64,000 nt of DNA, from contig DXAC01000024.1 of assembly GCA_019117205.1 (NCBI GenBank), positions 1,114 through 65,113 of the forward strand, given 5' to 3'. The notes under the pieces are model-generated. The model made no database searches. It saw only the letters and a list, made by a program, of their open reading frames with translations, and was not told the DNA's origin. Shown here one piece after another: positions 16,896 to 25,008 of this stretch. Source of the DNA: Candidatus Allofournierella merdigallinarum (GTDB lineage Bacteria; Bacillota; Clostridia; Oscillospirales; Ruminococcaceae). The first letter of the stretch is position 1, and each line of letters begins with the position of its first letter. A program made the position numbers and the translations under genes.

Positions 16896-18989
16896 ATGGA
16901 CCAAAAAAGCCTCAGCCGGCGCATCGCCGGCCTCATCGCCGCCCTGGTGGTGGTGCTGGGCATCTTTTTGCTGCGGCTGGTGCAGTTCCAGCTGATCCAG
17001 GGGGAGGAGCTGCTGGAAAAGGCCCAGCAGGTGAGCAACTACCTGTTCGCCATCCCCGCCGCCCGGGGGGAGATCGTGGACGAGTACGGCCGGTCCATGG
17101 CCTCCAACGTGTCCGGCTACAACCTGGTGATCAACAAACTGATGCTCACCGGCGATTTGAACGACACCCTGAAAGAGCTGGTGGAGATCCTGCAAAGCGC
17201 CGGCGACGACTGGAACGACACCATGCCGGTGAGCGAGCCGGACGAGAGCGGCAACTACACCTTTACCGCCGCCGAGGACGACTCCCGGGCCCAGAGCCGG
17301 CTGGCCGCCCTCAAGGACAACCTGGTCAAGCAGCAGTACGCCACCGCCGACCAGGTGATGGCCGCCGTGGTGGAGCGCTACGAGCTGGAGGACTACCCCG
17401 ACCAGTGGCAGCGCATTTTGGGGGGCATCCGCTATCAGATGGAGCTGGAGGAATTCAGCGACAACAACAACTTCACCCTGGCGGAGGACGTGAGCAGCCG
17501 CACGGTGGCCACCGTCAAGGAGCGGGGCCTCACCAGCGAGGGGGCGGACATCACCGAGACCAGCTACCGGCTGTACGCCGACGGCACCCTGGCCCCCCAC
17601 CTGCTGGGGTATGTGGGGCCCATCTACGCCGAGGACTGGAAAGTCACCGACGAGGAGGGCAACGTGACCTACCCCTTAAAGGAAAAGGGTTACGCCATGA
17701 ACGACACCATCGGCCAGGCGGGCCTGGAACAGGTGGGCGAGGACAAGCTGCGGGGCACCGACGGCCTGAAACAGGTCACCCGGGACAAAAACGGGGTCAT
17801 CATCTCCACCGAGGTCATCCAGGACCCCCAGCCCGGCCTGACCATGGTGACCACCATCAACGCCGACCTGCAAAAAAAGGCCCACGAGGCGCTGGAAAAC
17901 CAGATCCTCAACCTGCAGGCCACCGCCCAGCAGTACAAGGGCCAGGAGGCCTGCGCCGGGGCGGTGGTGGTCATCGACGTGAAGACCGGGGGCGTGCTGG
18001 CCTGCGTCAACTACCCCAGCTACGACCTGAACCTGCGGAGCACCAACGCGGCCCAGTACGCCTCCGACCCCAACACCCCCCTGGTGGACCGGGCGCTGCG
18101 GGGGCTGTACTCCCCCGGCTCCACCTTTAAGCCGGCGGTGGCGCTGTCCGGCCTGCTCTCCGGCCTTGTCACCCCCACCGACACCCCGGTGCGGTGCGGC
18201 GGCGCCCAGGCCAGCTACAACTACTACGTTTCCAGCGGCGGCCCCCGGTGCGAGGGCATCGGCCACACGGGGGGCGGCAGCCTGAACCTGTACGACGCCC
18301 TGGGTTACAGCTGCAACACCTACTTTTACGACCTGGGCCGGCGGCTGGGCGCCACCGCTTTCAACGAGATGGCCAACACCCTGGGTCTTGCCACCGAGAC
18401 GGGGGTGGAGCTTTCGGAGTACACCGGCCGCACCACCAACACCGACGACGACAACTTCACCCTGGGCCTGGAGCTGATGGCCGCCATCGGCCAGGGCAAC
18501 ACCGCCGTGACCCCGGTGCAGCTGGCCACCTACGCTGCCACCATCGCCAACGGCGGCACCCGCTACCGCACCCACTTCATCTCCAGCTACCGTGACACCA
18601 ACACCGGCGAGGTGGTGGAGAGCTTCGAGCCGGAGGTGGTGGCCCAGGTGGAGGATACCATCGGCGCCTTTGACGCGGTGGAGGAGGGCATGATCCGCGC
18701 CGCCAAGAACAGCAGCGCCCTGCGGGACTACCCCATGACCATCGCCGTGAAGACCGGCAGCCCCCAGCGGGCGGAGTACTACGACAAGGAAAAGGGCCTG
18801 ACCTACCTGAACAGCGCGGTGATCGCCTACGGCCCGGTGGAAGACCCCCAGATCGCCATCGGGGCCATCATCGAGTACGGCGGCGGCGGTTCCAACCTGC
18901 TGCCGGTGGTGCGGGACGTCTTCAACGCCTACTTCATCGAGCAGACGGGCGACCTGCAAAGCGCCGAGGCGGGCGTACTGCTGCCCTGA
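16896..18989 (+). CDS. mrdA: Penicillin-binding protein 2 (elongasome transpeptidase)
   Basis: 697 aa. N-terminal TM segment and the class B PBP active-site triad 'STFK' (SPGSTFKP), 'SCN', 'KTGS'. Confidence 0.9.
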   Translation: MDQKSLSRRIAGLIAALVVVLGIFLLRLVQFQLIQGEELLEKAQQVSNYLFAIPAARGEIVDEYGRSMASNVSGYNLVINKLMLTGDLNDTLKELVEILQSAGDDWNDTMPVSEPDESGNYTFTAAEDDSRAQSRLAALKDNLVKQQYATADQVMAAVVERYELEDYPDQWQRILGGIRYQMELEEFSDNNNFTLAEDVSSRTVATVKERGLTSEGADITETSYRLYADGTLAPHLLGYVGPIYAEDWKVTDEEGNVTYPLKEKGYAMNDTIGQAGLEQVGEDKLRGTDGLKQVTRDKNGVIISTEVIQDPQPGLTMVTTINADLQKKAHEALENQILNLQATAQQYKGQEACAGAVVVIDVKTGGVLACVNYPSYDLNLRSTNAAQYASDPNTPLVDRALRGLYSPGSTFKPAVALSGLLSGLVTPTDTPVRCGGAQASYNYYVSSGGPRCEGIGHTGGGSLNLYDALGYSCNTYFYDLGRRLGATAFNEMANTLGLATETGVELSEYTGRTTNTDDDNFTLGLELMAAIGQGNTAVTPVQLATYAATIANGGTRYRTHFISSYRDTNTGEVVESFEPEVVAQVEDTIGAFDAVEEGMIRAAKNSSALRDYPMTIAVKTGSPQRAEYYDKEKGLTYLNSAVIAYGPVEDPQIAIGAIIEYGGGGSNLLPVVRDVFNAYFIEQTGDLQSAEAGVLLP

Positions 18990-18998
18990 CGCGGCCCG

Positions 18999-19034
18999 GC
19001 AGAGGAAACTGAGAACGTTTCCTCTGCTTTCTTC
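18999..19034 (+). terminator. Rho-independent terminator after PBP2
   Basis: Perfect 11-bp stem GCAGAGGAAAC / GTTTCCTCTGC, 7-nt loop, tail TTTCTTC. Confidence 0.75.
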
Positions 19035-19046
19035 ACAAAACATAGC

Positions 19047-19075
19047 TTGCGCTGGTACAGCTTTTGTGCTACTAT
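19047..19075 (+). promoter_or_regulatory. Candidate extended -10 promoter for minD-like gene
   Basis: TTGCGC (19047-19052), 17-nt spacer, TGcTACTAT (19067-19075). Confidence 0.55.
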
Positions 19076-19144
19076 GATAATACGAGCGTACTGTGCCCAA
19101 AAAGCCGGGACATTCGCCGGCAAAAGGGAAAGGGAGGCGTTCGT

Positions 19145-19882
19145 TTGGGCGCGAAGGTGGTCATGGTGGCTTCCGGCAAGGGAGGCACCGGAAAAAGCAC
19201 CCTGTCGGTGCTGCTGGGCGGCCGGCTGGCCGCCGCCGGCGGCCGGGTGCTGCTGGTGGAGCTGGACTCCGGCCTGCGCAGCGTGGACATCATCTCCGGC
19301 GTCTATGGAAAAACCGTCTACGACATCGCCGATGTGCTCAGCGGTCGGTGCGCGCCGGACAAAGCCGTGGTGGAGAGCCCTTTGTACCCGGGGCTCTCGG
19401 TGATCAGCGCCCCCTACGAGTGGGGGGGCACGGTGCAGCCGGCGGCGCTGGCGGCGCTGGTGGAGGCGATGACGCCCCACTTCGACTGGCTGCTGGTGGA
19501 CACCGCCGCCGGACTGGGCGCGCCGTTCCGCGCGGCGCTCACCGTCAGCGAAACGGCGCTGCTGGTGCTCACGCCGGACCCCGTGGCCCTGCGGGACGGG
19601 CGGCTGGCCGCCGACGAGGCCTTTGAAGCCGGCCTGTCCCAGGTGCGGCTGGTGCTCAACCGGGTGGGCCCCGCCAGCTTCGGCGGCGCGGTGCGGGACC
19701 TGGACGAGTGCATCGACACGGTGGCCGCCCAGCTCATCGCCGTGGTGCCCGAAAACGCCCAGCTCCAGGCCTGCGCCGCCAAAGGGCAGGCGCTGCCGGC
19801 GGACTGCGCGGCCTTTCGGGCGGTGGACAATCTGGCCCGCCGGCTCCTGGGCCAGCGGGTGCCCCTGGCTGTGTGGGGCTGA
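19145..19882 (+). CDS. minD: MinD-family ParA-type ATPase, C-terminally short (no membrane-targeting helix)
   Basis: Deviant Walker A 'SGKGGTGKST'. 'LDSGLRSVDII...VYDIADVLSGRC' and C-terminal 'NLARRLLGQRVPL' align with MinD. The protein stops 4 aa after 'VPL'. TTG start 7 nt after a GGGAGG SD. Confidence 0.8.
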   Translation: MGAKVVMVASGKGGTGKSTLSVLLGGRLAAAGGRVLLVELDSGLRSVDIISGVYGKTVYDIADVLSGRCAPDKAVVESPLYPGLSVISAPYEWGGTVQPAALAALVEAMTPHFDWLLVDTAAGLGAPFRAALTVSETALLVLTPDPVALRDGRLAADEAFEAGLSQVRLVLNRVGPASFGGAVRDLDECIDTVAAQLIAVVPENAQLQACAAKGQALPADCAAFRAVDNLARRLLGQRVPLAVWG

Positions 19883-19970
19883 AAGATCCGGCAAGACCAT
19901 ACATATGTTTTGATATCGTCGTGGATCCGTTGAAGAAGTTGAGCTCAGACAAAGAGGGGGCATGAAAACA

Positions 19971-20375
19971 ATGAACATCGCGTTGATCGCGCATGACACG
20001 AAAAAAGAGCTGATGGTGCAGTTCTGCATCGCCTACTGCGGCATCCTCAGCCAGCACAATCTGGTGGCCACCGGCACCACCGGCAAGGTGGTCAGCGAGG
20101 CCACCGGCCTGCCCATCCAGTGCTTTTTGGCGGGGGTGCAGGGAGGCGACCAGCAGATCGCGGCGCGGATCGCCTGCAACGAGATCGACCTGCTGCTCTT
20201 TTTCCGCGACCCCATCAGCGCCAAGCCCCACGAGCCCAACGAGATGAACCTGCTGCGCCTGTGCGACGTGCGGAACATCCCGCTGGCCACCAACATCGCC
20301 ACCGCCGAGGTGCTCATCCACGGCCTGGAGCGGGGCGATCTGGAGTGGCGCAGCATCGTGAACCCCAAGCGGTGA
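19971..20375 (+). CDS. mgsA: Methylglyoxal synthase
   Basis: '[18 protein letters not shown]', 'LVATGTTG', '[11 protein letters not shown]' MGS motifs. The second ATG (19971) has proper SD spacing. Confidence 0.9.
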   Translation: MNIALIAHDTKKELMVQFCIAYCGILSQHNLVATGTTGKVVSEATGLPIQCFLAGVQGGDQQIAARIACNEIDLLLFFRDPISAKPHEPNEMNLLRLCDVRNIPLATNIATAEVLIHGLERGDLEWRSIVNPKR

Positions 20376-20378
20376 ACC

Positions 20379-20413
20379 AAAAGCCCCCCGGCCCGCGGGC
20401 CGGGGGGCTTTTT
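20379..20413 (+). terminator. Rho-independent terminator after mgsA
   Basis: AAAA-GCCCCCCGGCCC-GC-GGGCCGGGGGGC-TTTTT. Confidence 0.8.
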
Positions 20414-20430
20414 GCCCTGGCATAAAACAC

Positions 20431-20470
20431 AAAAAGCTCCCGGCGCAGGGCTCTGCGCCGGGAGCTTTTG
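20431..20470. terminator. Second, tandem terminator hairpin
   Basis: AAAAAGCTCCCGGCGCAG-GGCT-CTGCGCCGGGAGCTTTT: 14-bp stem flanked by A- and T-runs. Confidence 0.7.
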
Positions 20471-20540
20471 TGCAACAGGGGCAATCGCCGGGCGCGGTCG
20501 ATGTCCGCTTCACAGCCAGTGTTTTTTCGCCGGGAGACTG

Positions 20541-20567
20541 TTGCGTCCACGGCCGATGTGCTATAAT
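20541..20567 (+). promoter_or_regulatory. Candidate extended -10 promoter for nadE
   Basis: TTGCGT (20541-20546) and TGcTATAAT (20559-20567). The spacer is only 15 nt, so the -35 assignment is uncertain. Confidence 0.45.
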
Positions 20568-20622
20568 AGGTCCACACGCAAAAAACGCCTGCCGCGGCAG
20601 GCGAGAGCAAGGGGGAGGACCC

Positions 20623-22569
20623 ATGAGATCACAACTGCTTACCGTGGCCGCCGCCGCGCCCCGGGTGTATATCGCCGCGCCGGAGAAAAACGCCCGGGAG
20701 ATGCTGGCGCTGGCAAAGGAGAACGCCGACGCGGGCGTGCTGCTGTTCCCGGAGCTGGCCATCACCGGCTACACCTGCGCCGACCTGTTCGGCCAGGCGC
20801 AGCTGCTGGACGCCGCCCGCCACTGGCTGGGCTGGCTGGCGCGGGAGGCCTGGGAGGCAGGCTGCAAGGGGCTGATCGGGGTGGGCGCGCCGGTGGCCGC
20901 CGACGGGCTGCTGTTCAACTGCCTGGTGCTGCTGCACGGGGGTGCGCCGGTGGCGGTGATCCCCAAGACCTGGCTGCCCAACTACGGGGAGTTTTACGAA
21001 AAGCGCTGGTTCGCCCCCGCCTCGGCCCGCCGCTCGGCGGAGCTGCTCTGGCCGGCGGAGAACGGCGAGGCGCGCTGGGTGCCCTTTGGGGAGGACCTGC
21101 TGGTGTCCGACCGCACCGGCGCTGTGGTGGTGGCCGGGGAGATCTGCGAGGACCTGTGGGCCCCGGTGCCTCCCAGCGGTTTTGCCTGCCTGGCGGGGGC
21201 GGACATGGTCCTGAACCCCTCCGCCAGCAACGAGACGGTGACCAAGAGCGACTACCGCCGTCAGCTGGTCACCGGCCAGTCCGCCCGGTGCGACTGCGTC
21301 TACGTTTACGCCGGCGCGGGCGACACCGAGAGCACCACCGACCTTGTCTTCAGCGGCCACGGCATGATCTGTGAGAACGGCCGGCTGCTGGCCGAGCAGC
21401 TCTACCCCGCCCCCGGCGGGGTGATCCGGGCGGTGGTGGACATCGAGCGGGTCCGCACCGACCGGATGCGCCGGGGCAGCGGGGCCCAGGAGGCGCGCCC
21501 GGCCCCCCGGCGCACCCTGCGGCTGGCGGGCGACCTGGTGGAGAGCGCGGCCCAGCGTGAGCTGCTGGCCCGCCGCCCCGAGGCGCGGCTGCCCTTTGTG
21601 CCCCAGGACCCGGCCCAGCTGGACGAGCGCTGCGCCGAGATCGCCCGCATCCAGGCCGCCGGCCTTGCCCGGCGGCTGGAGGCCAGCGGGGCGAAACGGG
21701 CGGTGATCGGCCTGTCCGGCGGGCTGGACAGCACCCTGGCGCTGCTGGCCGCCCTCCAGGCGCTGGAGCGGCTGGGCCGCCCGGCGCGGGACGTGCTGGC
21801 GGTGAGTATGCCCTGTGTGGGCACCACGAAGCGCACCTTTGGCAACGCCGCCTCGCTGGCGCAGCTGCTGGGGGCGGAATACCGGGAGATCCCCATCAAA
21901 AACGCCCTGGAAAGCCACCTTGCGGACATCGGCCACGCGCCGGACGCCTACGACACCACCTTTGAAAACGCCCAGGCCCGGGAGCGCACCCAGATCCTCA
22001 TGGATCTGGCCAACCAGGAAAACGGCATCGTGGTGGGCACGGGGGACCTGTCGGAGCTGGCGCTGGGCTGGTGCACCTACAACGGCGACCAGATGAGCAT
22101 GTACGGGGTGAACGCCTCGGTGCCCAAAACGCTGGTGCGGGCCATGGTGGCCTGGCACGCCCGCCGGCTGTGCGACACCGAGCCCCGGGTCACCCGGGTG
22201 CTGCTGGACATCCTGGACACCCCCATCAGCCCCGAGCTGCTGCCGGTGGGCGAGGACGGCGCGCTGGTGCAGAAGACCGAGGACACCCTGGGCAAGTACG
22301 ACCTGCACGACTTCGCCCTGTACCACATGCTCCGGGGCGGCTATGCCCCCGGGCGCATTCTGGAAATGGCCTGCATCGCCTACCCGGAGGTGAGCCGGGA
22401 CACCATCCGCACCACCCTGAAGACGTTCTACCGGCGCTTTTTCACCCAGCAGTTCAAGCGCAGCTGTATGCCGGACGGCCCCAAGGTGGGCTCGGTGAGC
22501 CTCTCGCCCCGGGGCGACTGGCGGATGCCCAGCGACGCCGAGGCGACGGAATTCTTAAAGTTCGAGTAA
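20623..22569 (+). CDS. nadE: Glutamine-dependent NAD+ synthetase (nitrilase domain + synthetase domain)
   Basis: 648 aa. N-terminal CN-hydrolase 'LLFPELAITGYTCADLF...GEICEDLW'. PP-loop 'GLSGGLDS'. GGGGGAGG SD. Confidence 0.9.
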   Translation: MRSQLLTVAAAAPRVYIAAPEKNAREMLALAKENADAGVLLFPELAITGYTCADLFGQAQLLDAARHWLGWLAREAWEAGCKGLIGVGAPVAADGLLFNCLVLLHGGAPVAVIPKTWLPNYGEFYEKRWFAPASARRSAELLWPAENGEARWVPFGEDLLVSDRTGAVVVAGEICEDLWAPVPPSGFACLAGADMVLNPSASNETVTKSDYRRQLVTGQSARCDCVYVYAGAGDTESTTDLVFSGHGMICENGRLLAEQLYPAPGGVIRAVVDIERVRTDRMRRGSGAQEARPAPRRTLRLAGDLVESAAQRELLARRPEARLPFVPQDPAQLDERCAEIARIQAAGLARRLEASGAKRAVIGLSGGLDSTLALLAALQALERLGRPARDVLAVSMPCVGTTKRTFGNAASLAQLLGAEYREIPIKNALESHLADIGHAPDAYDTTFENAQARERTQILMDLANQENGIVVGTGDLSELALGWCTYNGDQMSMYGVNASVPKTLVRAMVAWHARRLCDTEPRVTRVLLDILDTPISPELLPVGEDGALVQKTEDTLGKYDLHDFALYHMLRGGYAPGRILEMACIAYPEVSRDTIRTTLKTFYRRFFTQQFKRSCMPDGPKVGSVSLSPRGDWRMPSDAEATEFLKFE

Positions 22570-22616
22570 AGAAAGCGCCAAGAAACGACAAAATAATAAC
22601 GATTTTCCCCAATGAC

Positions 22617-22645
22617 TTGCAAGGAGCTATTTACTATGCTATCAT
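22617..22645 (+). promoter_or_regulatory. Candidate extended -10 promoter for small DUF4234 gene
   Basis: TTGCAA (22617-22622), 17-nt spacer, TGcTATCAT (22637-22645). Confidence 0.55.
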
Positions 22646-22679
22646 GGTGGCATAACTTTGCGGAAAGCGAGGAATCATC

Positions 22680-23009
22680 ATGAACAAAAACATCGTTCTT
22701 TGCGTCGTGCTCAGCATCGTGACCTGCGGCATCTACGGGCTGTACTGGCTGTACACCCTCAACGAGGCCGCCCGCACGGTCAACCCCGGCGAGTGGCAGA
22801 TGGACGGCGTGCTGGTGGTGGTGCTCACCATCGTCACCTGCGGCATCTTCGGCTACTACTGGAACTACAAGATGGGCAAGGCGTTCGTGGCCATCGGCGC
22901 GCCGGACAACAGCGTGCTGTACCTGGTGCTGTCCATCTTCGGGCTGAGCATCGTCAACTGGTGCATCATGCAGGACTCCATCAACCGCGCCTATCCCGCC
23001 CAGCAGTAA
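22680..23009 (+). CDS. Small membrane protein, DUF4234-like
   Basis: 109 aa. Two copies of the 'VTCGI(Y/F)G(L/Y)YW' hairpin motif ('LSIVTCGIYGLYWLY', 'LTIVTCGIFGYYWNYKMG'). Has its own promoter and terminator. Confidence 0.7.
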   Translation: MNKNIVLCVVLSIVTCGIYGLYWLYTLNEAARTVNPGEWQMDGVLVVVLTIVTCGIFGYYWNYKMGKAFVAIGAPDNSVLYLVLSIFGLSIVNWCIMQDSINRAYPAQQ

Positions 23010-23016
23010 ACTGTGC

Positions 23017-23051
23017 AAAAAAGGGCCGTCCCCGCGGGGCGGCCCTTTTTT
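23017..23051 (+). terminator. Rho-independent terminator after DUF4234 gene
   Basis: AAAAAA-GGGCCGTCCC-CGC-GGGGCGGCCC-TTTTTT. Confidence 0.8.
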
Positions 23052-23062
23052 GTGCCTTTTCC

Positions 23063-23091
23063 TTGTATTCGGGGGCAAAAGCAAGTATAAT
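23063..23091 (+). promoter_or_regulatory. Candidate sigma-A promoter for aspS
   Basis: TTGTAT (23063-23068), 17-nt spacer, TATAAT (23086-23091). Short leader with a CGCCGGGC/GCCCGGCG hairpin before the SD. Confidence 0.5.
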
Positions 23092-23156
23092 GGACTGATG
23101 TAGAAAAGACTGTCCGCCGGGCCTTTTGCCCGGCGCAGAGAAAAGAGGAACCAGAT

Positions 23157-24941
23157 ATGGAGACCATGGGCAATCTGCGCCGCACCCATTACTGCGGCGA
23201 AGTGCGCCTGGCACAGGCCGGGCAGGAGATGGTGGTGGCCGGCTCGGTGGCCAAGTGCCGGGACAAGGGCGGCATCATCTTTGTGGACCTGCGGGACACC
23301 AGCGGCATTTTGCAGCTGGTGTTCGACGACGGCACCGAACGGGCCGTGTTTGAAAAGGCCGGCAGCCTGAAGAGCGAGTATGTGGTCATCGCCAAAGGCA
23401 CCCTGCGGGAGCGGGACGCCAAGACCGACAAGATCCCCACCGGCGAGGTGGAGCTGTATGTGCGCGAGCTGCGGGTGCTCAGCGCCGCCGAGACCACCCC
23501 CTTTGAGATCCGGGACGAGGTCAAGGTCAAGGACGAGCTGCGCCTGAAGTACCGGTATCTGGACCTGCGCCGCCCGGCGGTACACGCGCCGCTGGTGCTG
23601 CGCAGCAAGATCTGCCAGGTGACCCGCAACTACTTCTGCGACAACCACTTCTGCGAGATCGAGACCCCCATGCTGATGAAGTCCACCCCCGAGGGCGCCC
23701 GGGACTACCTGGTGCCCAGCCGGGTGCAGCCGGGGCACTTCTACGCCCTGCCCCAGTCGCCCCAGATCTACAAGCAGATTTTGATGCTCTCCGGCTTCGA
23801 CCGCTATTTCCAGATCGCCCGCTGCTTCCGGGACGAGGATCTGCGGGCGGACCGTCAGCCCGAGTTCACCCAGATCGACCTGGAGATGAGCTTTGTCTCC
23901 GAGGACGACGTGATGAACATCTGCGAGGGGCTGCTGCAAAAGCTCTGGAAAGAGGTGCTGGACATCGACCTGCCCGCCCACTTCGAGCGCCTGAGCTGGG
24001 ACGAGGCCATGGCCCGCTTCGGCTCCGACAAGCCGGACACCCGCTTTGGCCTGGAGCTGATGGACGTCACCGACGCGGTGCGCGGCGCGGGATTCGCGCC
24101 TTTCAAAAGCGCCATCGAAGCCGGCGGCAGCGTGCGGCTGATCAACTGCAAGGGCCTGGCCGGCCAGCTCACCCGCAAGACCATCGACAAGCTGGTGGAG
24201 GTGGCCAGGACCTACGGCGTCAAGGGCCTTGCCTACACCCGGCTCACCGAGGAGGGGGAGACCTCCAGCTTTGAAAAGTTCCTCGCCGACGGGGAAAAGG
24301 CCGCCCTGCGCGAGGCCGCCGGCGCCGAGACCGGCGACGTGCTGCTGGTGGTGAGCGACGAGAACTCCACCCGCGCCTGCACGGCCCTGGGCCAGGTGCG
24401 CCTGGAGGTGGGCCGCCGCTGCGGGCTCATCGACCCGGCCAGGTTCAATTTCTTGTGGGTGGTGCGCTTCCCGCTGTTCGAGTACAGCGAGGAGGAGGGC
24501 CGCTACATGGCCATGCACCATCCGTTCACCATGCCCACCGAGGACTCCATGGACAAGCTGGAGTCCGACCCCGGCGGCTGCTACGCCAACGCCTACGACA
24601 TCGTGCTCAACGGCGTGGAGCTGGGCGGCGGCTCCATCCGCATCAACGACCCGGCCCTGCAGGCCCGGATGTTCAAGGTGCTGGGCTTCACCGAGGAGCG
24701 GGCCCGGGAGAACTTCGGCTTTTTGATGGACGCCTACCGCTACGGCGCGCCCCCCCACGGCGGCTGGGCCATCGGCCTGGACCGGCTGGTGATGCTGATG
24801 CTGGGCCGGGACTCCATCCGGGACGTGATCGCCTTCCCCAAGGTGCAGAACGCCAGCGAGCTGATGAGCGGCGCCCCCGACACGGTGGACGAAAAGCAGC
24901 TTCGGGACCTGTGCATCCAGTGCACCGGTGCCGAGGAGTAA
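23157..24941 (+). CDS. aspS: Aspartate--tRNA ligase
   Basis: 594 aa. Class II motif 2 'FRDEDLRADRQPEFTQIDLEMSF', motif 3 'GGWAIGLDRLVML', N-terminal OB anticodon-binding domain. Confidence 0.95.
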   Translation: METMGNLRRTHYCGEVRLAQAGQEMVVAGSVAKCRDKGGIIFVDLRDTSGILQLVFDDGTERAVFEKAGSLKSEYVVIAKGTLRERDAKTDKIPTGEVELYVRELRVLSAAETTPFEIRDEVKVKDELRLKYRYLDLRRPAVHAPLVLRSKICQVTRNYFCDNHFCEIETPMLMKSTPEGARDYLVPSRVQPGHFYALPQSPQIYKQILMLSGFDRYFQIARCFRDEDLRADRQPEFTQIDLEMSFVSEDDVMNICEGLLQKLWKEVLDIDLPAHFERLSWDEAMARFGSDKPDTRFGLELMDVTDAVRGAGFAPFKSAIEAGGSVRLINCKGLAGQLTRKTIDKLVEVARTYGVKGLAYTRLTEEGETSSFEKFLADGEKAALREAAGAETGDVLLVVSDENSTRACTALGQVRLEVGRRCGLIDPARFNFLWVVRFPLFEYSEEEGRYMAMHHPFTMPTEDSMDKLESDPGGCYANAYDIVLNGVELGGGSIRINDPALQARMFKVLGFTEERARENFGFLMDAYRYGAPPHGGWAIGLDRLVMLMLGRDSIRDVIAFPKVQNASELMSGAPDTVDEKQLRDLCIQCTGAEE

Positions 24942-24951
24942 ACGACAAACA

Positions 24952-24991
24952 GAAACGCCCCCGCGGCCGACAGGCCGCGGGGGCGTTTTTC
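24952..24991. terminator. Bidirectional rho-independent terminator (aspS / zinc-ribbon gene convergent)
   Basis: GAAA-CGCCCCCGCGGCC-GACA-GGCCGCGGGGGCG-TTTTT. Confidence 0.85.
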
Positions 24992-25008
24992 AACGGTTCA
25001 AAAACACA

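Noticed and set aside
19708-19965. 85-aa off-frame ORF at the minD 3' end as a possible frameshifted MinD tail or a MinE
   Set aside because: Its translation ('...[17 protein letters not shown]') shows neither a MinD-type amphipathic MTS nor MinE features, and most of it overlaps minD out of frame. A frameshift check on the raw reads is still recommended (see the MinD finding).
20379-20470. Two tandem terminator hairpins after mgsA as a possible small RNA gene
   Set aside because: Only ~17 nt separate the two hairpins and there is no promoter between them. The simplest reading is a double terminator, with the second (A-run/T-run flanked) possibly insulating the nadE promoter.
23010-23156. 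Possible T-box leader upstream of aspS (and similarly 62014-62052 upstream of leuS)
   Set aside because: The leaders are only ~65 nt (after the predicted promoter) and 39 nt long, far too short for a T-box riboswitch. No AGAGA/GNUGGUA-type T-box sequence or terminator/antiterminator pair was seen.
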